UHGV virus genome: UHGV-1579991
Length of the DNA stretch: 64,000 nt
Direction: 5' to 3' (one strand)
DNA from: a virus
Shown piece after piece: positions 56,579 through 64,000 of this stretch. The translations under genes and the position numbers were made by a program. Each line of letters begins with the position of its first letter. Positions within the stretch are counted from its first letter, which is position 1. The notes beneath the pieces are model-generated. The model worked only from the letters and a program-made list of their open reading frames with translations. It did not search any database and was not told where the DNA came from.

Positions 56579-56960
56579 TGCACCACTGTTTAAGAGTCAC
56601 AAAATTGTTGAAGTCTGCATAAAAGTCATCGCCACCGTTAAGCATTGCGACATTCTCAAGTTCATTGAGAATGATTTGCTTATCAATGACTATTGCAAGA
56701 GCGTCAAAGTCTTCTTTTGATTGCAAGTCAAGTAGCACAGGATGACCTTTGAGTCTTGTAGTTAATGTTGCTGGCAGTCTATGCACAGACTTCTTTTTCT
56801 TTGACTGCGTAGGATGTTTTGAGCGCTTTCTTGTAGCAGTCAGCTGAATATCATAATCAATTTCAAGCAAACCTGCATCTTGCATTACAAAATTGAGATT
56901 AACATGCACAGGATGCTTTTGCTGAATGTCTATGAATTCTTGTAATTTGTCGTTTATCAT
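56571..56960 (-). CDS. Hypothetical protein (start at MINDKLQEF)
   Basis: ATG 56960-56958 just downstream of promoter motif. Confidence 0.4.
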   Translation of the reverse strand: MINDKLQEFIDIQQKHPVHVNLNFVMQDAGLLEIDYDIQLTATRKRSKHPTQSKKKKSVHRLPATLTTRLKGHPVLLDLQSKEDFDALAIVIDKQIILNELENVAMLNGGDDFYADFNNFVTLKQWCNE

Positions 56961-56973
56961 TTGAAATGCATTT

Positions 56974-57014
56974 GTATATGATAATTGTACCACGCATGCA
57001 TCAACTTTGCACAC
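56974..57014 (-). promoter_or_regulatory. Promoter-like conserved motif
   Basis: Minus-strand GTGTGCAAAGTTGATGCATGCGTGGTACAATTATCATAT. Confidence 0.55.
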
Positions 57015-57018
57015 AAAA

Positions 57019-57046
57019 CAAGACCAGCTCAATTGAGCTGGTCTTG
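57019..57046 (-). terminator. Rho-independent terminator
   Basis: caagaccagctc-AATT-gagctggtcttg followed on minus strand by TTTTGTGTG. Confidence 0.6.
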
Positions 57047-57064
57047 CGGTCATATGTAGACTTC

Positions 57065-57637
57065 TTAAAATTTGGATAGACTCGTAGTATCAAGCGATGC
57101 AATTGAATCAATGCGCAAAGAATCTGCTATAGGTGCGCAATCATCAATTGGGTGACTTGCAGGCTTAACTTTGAGCATATACATTCTGCAATTGCCAATA
57201 TCTATAAGGGAACCAGAACGTGTCATATAATCACAGCCCAAAATGCCAACGACTTCATGACCAAGTGCTTTGCTAAGCTGAACTAAAATAGGTGAAATAT
57301 CATCAATAAACATATCCAACTGTACAGAGCCATTTGCGATAGTAATATCTGCGTCTATTGCATGAGATACTTGAAGAGCCCCTGTAACATATGATAATCG
57401 CTTAACTGAACGCTCTTTGCCAACCATGTCATGAGTAGCAACAAATGTGCTATCAATCAATGACAATGACGCGCCAGTATCAAGCAAAAGCCATGCATCG
57501 ACACCATTGACATTTGCATGCACAAATGGCAGGCTCTTCAAAACAATTGGTGACTGTGATTGCTGCAATGCTTCATTGCACATTGTCAGCGTCATAATCG
57601 CAAGTAGCGATATGAGAAACAATTTGAATGCTTTCAT
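57065..57637 (-). CDS. Retropepsin-like aspartic protease with N-terminal signal peptide
   Basis: MKAFKLFLISLLAIMTLTMC hydrophobic leader; active-site LLLDTGAS; downstream VVGILGCDYM. Confidence 0.55.
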   Translation of the reverse strand: MKAFKLFLISLLAIMTLTMCNEALQQSQSPIVLKSLPFVHANVNGVDAWLLLDTGASLSLIDSTFVATHDMVGKERSVKRLSYVTGALQVSHAIDADITIANGSVQLDMFIDDISPILVQLSKALGHEVVGILGCDYMTRSGSLIDIGNCRMYMLKVKPASHPIDDCAPIADSLRIDSIASLDTTSLSKF

Positions 57638-57651
57638 AAGGCTACTCTGCT

Positions 57652-59601
57652 TTAGTCATTTGCTTTAGTTGCTTGCATCAGTTCAGCAAAGCTTACAGTG
57701 TAAGCGTCTTCGCCAACGGTCACGTATGCAGCATTGACATTTGAGTCATTGCCTGTGTATGTAACCAAGGTGCCTGCAGGAATTTCCACACCGTCAATGG
57801 TTCGCATCGAATTGACAAGCTTGTATGTCTTGTTATCTTCGAAGTTCTCATTGACATATGCAGCAGCAATCATTGTTGAACGCTTACGAGATTCATTGAT
57901 GAAACTTGCGCCAACAAGTTCTGACAACTTCTTCTTTGTTACAGCAGAGCATTTGTCATATGCAATGTCAATTGCGAGGTCTACATCACCAAGTTCCTTT
58001 GCAATGAGTTCATCAATCTGAGACAGCTTCTTGTCATCTTTGACAGCGACAAAATTCATTGCAAACTTGCGAGCGTTGTCTGACAATGATTCATCAATGT
58101 TCCACTGTTTCATCAATGTCTGCTTCAGTACCTTGTCAAGTTCCGACCAGTCCTTATCTGCAAGAGTAGTTGCATCAAAGTCTTCATTGCTGAACTGCTT
58201 CAGCACTTTGACTTTGTCATCATGTGACAATGCAGCCCACTTGTTTGCAGCCTCTTCAGCAGATTCAAGCAAAGGCTTGATTGCATCTTTGAGTTCTTGC
58301 GGCCAAGTTTCAGGCGCTTTGAGCAGCATCTCAGATGAGTTGTACTCAAGCATGTCAGTCATGATTGCAAGCTTAACATTGTTAGCTTTCTCCTCGGGTG
58401 ACAGAGCTTTGAACTTTTCAGCCCAGTCTTCAGATTCAGTTACAATTGACACTGGTTTTGCAAAACCAGCAACAAAGACAAGCTTATACATGATATTCGT
58501 CATGAATGAGCAAACTGCATCAATGTCTGACTGTGTTGCTGCAGATTGAGCATCACGAATGTTGAGCAATGCCTGACGAAGAGACATAATGCCTACAACA
58601 GGGTCAGACCATGTCAACACAACAGAGCTGTCAATTGTGATACCCTTGTCGAATCGCATATTTTCTGCAATACGGTCAGCAAGTTCAGGCAGTTCAGTGT
58701 AGTACTGCTCAAGTGCTGCATGTGTAGCAGGAATCGAAACTTTTGCAGCATCAAATGGGTTGTTGATGTGCATAACATGTGCAGTTTGAATTGACTGCAT
58801 CAGCATCGACACTACTGCAGATTCTATTGCAACATCATCTGCAGCAGCTTCATCAAGATTTGCAAGTTTTAGCAATGTCTTTTTGTCTGCATCTGACAAT
58901 CGCAGCCAAATGTATTCCCATTGACTGTTTGCATCATAGCCACGGTCAGTAGCAAACTTGGTGAGTTCTGCAGATTTCTTTGCTGCGTCATCGTCATCAA
59001 GCCAATCCAAGAATGCTTTCAGTTTGTCGTCAAATGCTTCATTAACAAATGACGCCATTGCATTTTGCAGCAAATATTGATGGTCTCGTACTGGCGACTC
59101 AACAATTTCAAAGCCTTCAAGAGACTTTGGCGAGTCAGTTGCTGAACCAGCTTCAAGACACTTCTTTGATGCATTGTCAATGACAAACCACATCTTTTGT
59201 GCTTTGAGTGCAATGTAAGTCTTGTCTTTTGATTGCTGAACAGTCATGTTGTCAAGAGCCAATGCACTGATTGGCAAATTCTTGACTGCTGACTTGTCAA
59301 GTGCTTCATTGACTGCTACATTGTCATCACTCATTAACTGAGTATTTGCAGCAAATGTTGCAGAATCAATGTTAAGCTCTTTGCCATCAGGCATAGAGAA
59401 CTTAACTGCATCTGCAACATCAAGCACTTGTACCATGGTACCTGCTTCGACTTTGTCATCACCAACAGCGAACTCAGTTACAACCTGATATGCCTTGTTA
59501 GCTTCAACAGTTTCAACAGACTCCATAATGAACTTTGCTGTACTGCAAGAGATTTTGTGCTTTTTCATGTTCATGTATGAATTTGAGTGTTTGTTGTTCA
59601 T
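57652..59601 (-). CDS. Hypothetical acidic helical protein, about 649 aa (start uncertain); possible scaffold or virion protein
   Basis: Long ORF located between capsid-gene region and the protease gene. Confidence 0.45.
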   Translation of the reverse strand: MNNKHSNSYMNMKKHKISCSTAKFIMESVETVEANKAYQVVTEFAVGDDKVEAGTMVQVLDVADAVKFSMPDGKELNIDSATFAANTQLMSDDNVAVNEALDKSAVKNLPISALALDNMTVQQSKDKTYIALKAQKMWFVIDNASKKCLEAGSATDSPKSLEGFEIVESPVRDHQYLLQNAMASFVNEAFDDKLKAFLDWLDDDDAAKKSAELTKFATDRGYDANSQWEYIWLRLSDADKKTLLKLANLDEAAADDVAIESAVVSMLMQSIQTAHVMHINNPFDAAKVSIPATHAALEQYYTELPELADRIAENMRFDKGITIDSSVVLTWSDPVVGIMSLRQALLNIRDAQSAATQSDIDAVCSFMTNIMYKLVFVAGFAKPVSIVTESEDWAEKFKALSPEEKANNVKLAIMTDMLEYNSSEMLLKAPETWPQELKDAIKPLLESAEEAANKWAALSHDDKVKVLKQFSNEDFDATTLADKDWSELDKVLKQTLMKQWNIDESLSDNARKFAMNFVAVKDDKKLSQIDELIAKELGDVDLAIDIAYDKCSAVTKKKLSELVGASFINESRKRSTMIAAAYVNENFEDNKTYKLVNSMRTIDGVEIPAGTLVTYTGNDSNVNAAYVTVGEDAYTVSFAELMQATKAND

Positions 59602-59650
59602 ATGATATGATATATATCAAGTGCAGCAATTGAACAGATTGCAAAAACAA

Positions 59651-59674
59651 TGCTCAGACTTTACAGTCTGAGCA
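59651..59674 (-). terminator. Rho-independent terminator
   Basis: tgctcagact-TTAC-agtctgagca followed on minus strand by TTGTTTTTG. Confidence 0.6.
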
Positions 59675-59851
59675 TTGAACGACTAAATTGTACATCTTCC
59701 ACAATGATATAGAATCATTGTTAATATTGTATTGATATTGTACAACATGCATTGCATATTTGCAATGATACAACATGCAAAATGCACTTGCACTTTGATG
59801 CAAAGTACTGCGTACACAACATGCATTGCATATTTGCATTTTGACGCAATG

Positions 59852-60874
59852 TCATTGTTGTTTATGCCAGCCATATGATGCCTGACCAGCATCATACACT
59901 TCTACAAAACCATGGTCGTACATAAAATCTTCATTACGAGTGCCCTTGCCACCATTAGTGCCAAGAATACGGTCTGCACCATGCATAAGTAGCATGTTAT
60001 TTGTGACATGTTGCTTTGTCAGCATATTGAACCAGTGTTTGCTATATGACAAACCAAGACCATCAAAGCCCAGCTTTGTGTACACACCACCGTCAAACTT
60101 GCTTAAATCACAATATGATAACACAGATTCAGGGTCATATGTCTTGATAAAGTGCTTAAAGATTCGTTCAGCACCACCAACAACTTTGGTTGCTGCACAA
60201 AGACGTAGCAATTCATATTGATAGCGCTTATTGTATCGTGGACGACCAAATGTCATAAGTTGATGAATGACATAACCACCAAGCAACTCAAGTGGATGAC
60301 CTTCAATCAACGCAAGATTGATAAAATTGCCTGAGCACTTGCCTTGCAAATGATGTTCAATCAAAAATTGATTTGCAGTATACTTGTCAATTTCAACAAC
60401 TTTAAGCTTGCGAGCATATACAATCTTTGATTTGTCTACGATTTGATGCTTGATGTGATTGATAACTTTCTTGGCGTCATCCCAATCCCACACATGAATA
60501 CAATGAAAGCCTGCAGCTTTTGCAATGTCTGTTTTCTTTGCATGAACATCACAAGGCAAATGTGCATCTTTTGCATCATGCATAAACAAGTGCTCAAATG
60601 AATGCGTACTGTTATGCGAAAATGCAGGATTGATGTTAATGACAATATTGTCATGTCGAAAATCGAAGACTTCATCACCAATGACAAAGTTGCGCTCAAA
60701 ATCTATACCGACATGTTTGAGCAACACTTGATGCCACACGTCTTTATAGGCTGATTCAAGCTTGCTTAGCTCATCACAGTTTGCAATGTTTTTGTAACGT
60801 TGAATAGCAGCATCAAAGTCAAGATTGACTTCAGCGTAGTCTGCATTTTTATCATAGTGAAATTTTGAGCTCAT
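59852..60874 (-). CDS. Homing-endonuclease-like protein with N-terminal PD-(D/E)xK-like domain related to the C-terminal domain of family A
   Basis: Start at MSSKFHYDK (ATG 60874-60872); IVININPAFSHNSTH...GFHCIHVWDWDD. Confidence 0.45.
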   Translation of the reverse strand: MSSKFHYDKNADYAEVNLDFDAAIQRYKNIANCDELSKLESAYKDVWHQVLLKHVGIDFERNFVIGDEVFDFRHDNIVININPAFSHNSTHSFEHLFMHDAKDAHLPCDVHAKKTDIAKAAGFHCIHVWDWDDAKKVINHIKHQIVDKSKIVYARKLKVVEIDKYTANQFLIEHHLQGKCSGNFINLALIEGHPLELLGGYVIHQLMTFGRPRYNKRYQYELLRLCAATKVVGGAERIFKHFIKTYDPESVLSYCDLSKFDGGVYTKLGFDGLGLSYSKHWFNMLTKQHVTNNMLLMHGADRILGTNGGKGTRNEDFMYDHGFVEVYDAGQASYGWHKQQ

Positions 60875-60890
60875 GCGTATAATTTTGTGT

Positions 60891-60935
60891 ATATAATTAT
60901 TGTACAACATGCAAATGCACATTGCATTTGATACA
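60891..60935 (-). promoter_or_regulatory. Promoter/operator element shared by homing-endonuclease genes
   Basis: Minus-strand GCAATGTGCATTTGCATGTTGTACAATAATTATATAC; near-identical element at 62041-62085. Confidence 0.5.
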
Positions 60936-60965
60936 ACATACAGTATAAGTTTGCTTTTGACAGAC

Positions 60966-62027
60966 TTATTTTGTATTGCTACGCGTCATTGTTAAATGAC
61001 CGCAATCATACACATCAACTTCTGTTTTGCCAAGCATACATGTATGACAATTTATTTTGAAATCTGCTGCAGTGTAATCAGGATAGTTTAGCGGAGATTC
61101 TTTTGACAAATCAATTTCAATTGTGTCAGTAGTTTTAAGTTGTTCAGTGCCTGCAATGATATCTGCAATAAGATTGATAACTTCTTCTTGTGAATCCCAA
61201 TCAAACACAGTTATGCAACGATAGCCTGCATCAAGTGCAAGTTTTGTTTTGTTGTAATGGTATTGAGCACCAATAACATTGTTGTCTTTTGCTCGACCAG
61301 TTAAATATGCAAAACTAACAGTGCAGTTGTGCGTAACTGTTGGACAAATTTCTATAAGTAACTTTGCAGGCTCATACTGCAAATCATATGTTTGATTATT
61401 GATGTTAAACTCGTACTGTGTATCAATTGCCAACTGTCGTAATAACGCATCATGCCACATCATATTACATTTAGAAATTGTTTTGGATGACAATCTGCAT
61501 TGCGGCAATTGACATGGCCAATCTACGCCGTACATTTGTTGTGTTGTTTGACGCATTTTGTTAACATCACCAAAATGATTGCCATATCGATGCTCTTTGG
61601 TTTTAAGCGACTGCTCAATATTGACATTGCCTACACAACCATAACGTTCAAGTTTTGTTGCAGCAGTTTTGCTAACATCACCATGCCCATTGCCAAATTT
61701 GGCGACTTTAGTTGCAAGTATTTTATGACTTGGGCCAAATGCATTGCCATACAATTCTTGTTTAGTCGCAAGCATTTTGTCGATATTACAACCAGCGCCA
61801 TAAGTGTTATGCATAGTTTGCATACGTTGTCGAATAAATTTTGGCACAGATAAAGGACTTTCTACACCATATTTGCGTAAGCAACTGATTTTGCATGCGT
61901 ACTTTTGCTTGATGACAGAATGTGCATTTCGACGTCCTATGTAAGTGTTTTCTGATGTAGCAGCAAGCTCTGCATCTCTAAGAACTTCAAGTGCAGCAAT
62001 TCGTGCTTCAATTTCTTCAGATGTCAT
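60966..62027 (-). CDS. Free-standing homing-endonuclease-like protein (family A paralog)
   Basis: N-term EEIEARIAALEVLRD, YG repeats (ELYGNAFG, ERYGCVGN, HRYGNHFGD), C-term LLIEICPTVTHN...GYRCITVFDWD. Confidence 0.5.
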   Translation of the reverse strand: MTSEEIEARIAALEVLRDAELAATSENTYIGRRNAHSVIKQKYACKISCLRKYGVESPLSVPKFIRQRMQTMHNTYGAGCNIDKMLATKQELYGNAFGPSHKILATKVAKFGNGHGDVSKTAATKLERYGCVGNVNIEQSLKTKEHRYGNHFGDVNKMRQTTQQMYGVDWPCQLPQCRLSSKTISKCNMMWHDALLRQLAIDTQYEFNINNQTYDLQYEPAKLLIEICPTVTHNCTVSFAYLTGRAKDNNVIGAQYHYNKTKLALDAGYRCITVFDWDSQEEVINLIADIIAGTEQLKTTDTIEIDLSKESPLNYPDYTAADFKINCHTCMLGKTEVDVYDCGHLTMTRSNTK

Positions 62028-62040
62028 TTTTTATCATATT

Positions 62041-62085
62041 GATAATTGTACAACATGCAAATGGCGTTTGCATTTGATGCAACAA
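62041..62085 (-). promoter_or_regulatory. Promoter/operator element shared by homing-endonuclease genes
   Basis: Minus-strand GCAAACGCCATTTGCATGTTGTACAATTATCAATATG. Confidence 0.5.
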
Positions 62086-62113
62086 TGACTTAGCTTGTAC
62101 AGTTTGCAAAAAA

Positions 62114-62144
62114 GAACCGCTTGCAATCTAATTGCAAGCGGTTC
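62114..62144 (-). terminator. Rho-independent terminator downstream of capsid gene
   Basis: 14-bp stem gaaccgcttgcaat/attgcaagcggttc followed on minus strand by TTTTTT. Confidence 0.7.
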
Positions 62145-62373
62145 AATGAATACGTTTGTCAGAAACTGTCAATGGTGCAATCGCTTGAAGAGTTAGCTGA
62201 ACAACTTGTTGATGCGATTGCTGCATTGGTGACTACCAAGCAGCCCATTGAACATTGGATTCGACATCAACGTCTTTGTGGTTGTTGTTAAACTCCCCAA
62301 GCCAGCAAGTATCATTTAGCAAGTTTCCAAACTTAACGTACTTGTCGTTCCCCGGCTTGGGTGGCGCAGGTTG

Positions 62374-63957
62374 TCAAATCCAGCCGTAGTCGCTGTGGAT
62401 AGCGAAGGTGAGGTAAGCCAACTCGGGATACATACCCGTCTCCGCGAGAGCGTAATCCGACTCAATCAGCAACTTAGGCGCTGCTGTACCTTCGGCTGTT
62501 AATTCCACACTTGATGCAAGGTCATATGGCATGAATACGCATCCCTGGTTGACATTCTCTACGTCAACGCCGTCAGCAGTTTTGTTCGTACGAAGAACGA
62601 GAACAGTGTTATCGTTCAGCGGCTGCTTAGGATTGCAATAGATTTTAATGCCAGCAAGGTCACCTGCATAATACAGGTTCTTGTTGTCCTGTACCAGCGT
62701 ATTGTCAAGAGCTGCAACAAAGTTCTTCTGAGCCTTAATTGCAACCAAGGCAATCGTATTGACCACGGCAGCATCACCGGCACCGAAACGCGACAGGTTG
62801 CCAATGATTGCCGAAGCAGCCAGGATACGAGTTGCGATACGAGCCTGACGGGTAATCTGGTTCTCAGCCGAGCTGTTCGATTCAGCGTTCGGAACCATAC
62901 CGAATTCAGCCGTACGGTCTACACCCATCTTGTCGACAAATGCAGGAGCCTGGAATTCTGAGAATGCCTTGGCGGTTGAACCAGCGTAGCCAATGTACAA
63001 GTTCAGGTTGTAGCCCTGAGCAGCCAACAGCTGAGCATGTGTCGTAACACCAAGTGCACGCATGCGCTTCAGACCATTGTCGTTAATTGACTGCGTGATT
63101 TCATTCTGCATTGCATTCTTGATGATTGCAACTGCATCCAAACCGCGAGCACGGAGGTCCTTAACCTGTCGACGAGTCAGAGCACCCCAAGTCTGGTACG
63201 TCTTAACTTCGATAGCCTTTGAGAAGGTGCGGAGCTCCAGCATGTTCGGGTTGCCAGCCTCAGCCTCAGAACGAGACATTGGGTTGCCGTCAATGTCATC
63301 CATTGCAGCGAAGCCGTGGATGTGTTCGTCACCAGCCGAAACCAGGTCGAACATAACCTCAGTCATGCCAGTCAGCATGTCAGTTACAGCACCTGCAGCG
63401 TCAACCGAGTAGATTTTCGATGCAGCCATTGCAACATCAGCCAACGACTTGTCAGGAGCAACTGTCATTGCGCCACCTGCGCCTACAGTGTACACGCCCT
63501 CATTGCGAACTACGAGGTAGCCTGCAACACGCGATACCTGTACAAACGTTACCTTGGCAGCAAGCTCACCGGCAGCTGAACCGCCGATGTACAGAACTTG
63601 ACCCTTCTTGAGGCCATGAACCATTGTCTGCGAAGCAACATTGTACAACTCCTTCCACTTGATGAGGAAGTAACGAGGACCCTTGGCTGCATTCAACTTG
63701 CCACCGCCATATACGTAGTCTACATAGTCCAGCTGAACCAGCGGGCTGTAAACAGGAATGGTCGGGAGCAGGTCGAACAGAATCGTGTTGGCTGCGATGT
63801 TCATGTTCAGAGCCAGAACATTGGCAGCTACATCTATTGAACCACGCTTACGCGACGGGTCATGGAACTGTGCTTGCGTACCTGGGTCAGCAGGGAAAGC
63901 GACCGGACCTACGCCATTGAGATTCTGCGAATACGTCGACTCAAACGACTCGTTCAT
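62374..63957 (-). CDS. Major capsid protein (T4 gp23-like)
   Basis: 527 aa; central region NMLELRTFSKAIEVKTYQTWGALTRRQVKDLRARGLDAVAIIKNAMQNEITQSINDNGLKRM parallels the gp23 segment around IDKQVIEAKSRQLKAAYSIELAQDLRAVHGMDADAELSGILATEIMLEINREVVDWI; markedly G/C-ending codon usage unlike the rest of the window. Confidence 0.65.
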   Translation of the reverse strand: MNESFESTYSQNLNGVGPVAFPADPGTQAQFHDPSRKRGSIDVAANVLALNMNIAANTILFDLLPTIPVYSPLVQLDYVDYVYGGGKLNAAKGPRYFLIKWKELYNVASQTMVHGLKKGQVLYIGGSAAGELAAKVTFVQVSRVAGYLVVRNEGVYTVGAGGAMTVAPDKSLADVAMAASKIYSVDAAGAVTDMLTGMTEVMFDLVSAGDEHIHGFAAMDDIDGNPMSRSEAEAGNPNMLELRTFSKAIEVKTYQTWGALTRRQVKDLRARGLDAVAIIKNAMQNEITQSINDNGLKRMRALGVTTHAQLLAAQGYNLNLYIGYAGSTAKAFSEFQAPAFVDKMGVDRTAEFGMVPNAESNSSAENQITRQARIATRILAASAIIGNLSRFGAGDAAVVNTIALVAIKAQKNFVAALDNTLVQDNKNLYYAGDLAGIKIYCNPKQPLNDNTVLVLRTNKTADGVDVENVNQGCVFMPYDLASSVELTAEGTAAPKLLIESDYALAETGMYPELAYLTFAIHSDYGWI

Positions 63958-64000
63958 ATACTGAACGTTCTGAGCGATTGATGCGAGCAGATACTTCTTA

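Noticed and set aside
59654-59895. Minus-strand ORFs 59654-59839 and 59683-59895
   Set aside because: Lie in the repeat-rich non-coding stretch; translations are Cys/His-rich nonsense derived from TGCA repeats and one overlaps the terminator hairpin
1-64000. Prophage or integrative element (integrase, attachment sites, transposase)
   Set aside because: No tyrosine or serine recombinase or transposase motifs recognised in any ORF; gene content fits a virulent phage replication and structural module

Overview
This window reads as a segment of a large virulent dsDNA phage genome with a distantly T4-like gene set, not a bacterial chromosome. Almost every gene is on the minus strand; the only clear plus-strand genes are the large terminase subunit (4779-6770) and one small gene (37859-38551). 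Recognisable products include a gp23-like major capsid protein, gp17-like terminase, split type II topoisomerase (two genes about 7 kb apart), gp44-like clamp loader, RNase H/FEN-type nuclease, NAD-dependent DNA ligase, DHFR, dNMP kinase, a PrimPol-helicase fusion, a class II (NrdJ-type) ribonucleotide reductase interrupted by a large intein, and a holin plus M15-peptidase lysis pair. A cluster of about seven tRNA genes sits at 29.3-30.5 kb. At least five free-standing homing-endonuclease-like genes with a PD-(D/E)xK-type core are scattered between core genes, one of them frameshifted. A conserved promoter-like motif built around the palindrome TTGTACAA and an upstream GTGCAAA box recurs before about 15 minus-strand genes and the tRNA cluster. 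The most interesting candidate system is a sugar-nucleotide module at 49.5-56.6 kb (SIS-domain arabinose-5-phosphate-isomerase-like protein, HAD phosphatase, fused nucleotidyltransferase and APH-type kinase, a compositionally atypical lysine-rich protein, dNMP kinase), which I interpret as a possible DNA hypermodification pathway. All calls are from reading the sequence and ORF translations by eye; no database searches were run, and many start codons are approximate because the ORF track evidently accepts TTG and GTG starts.
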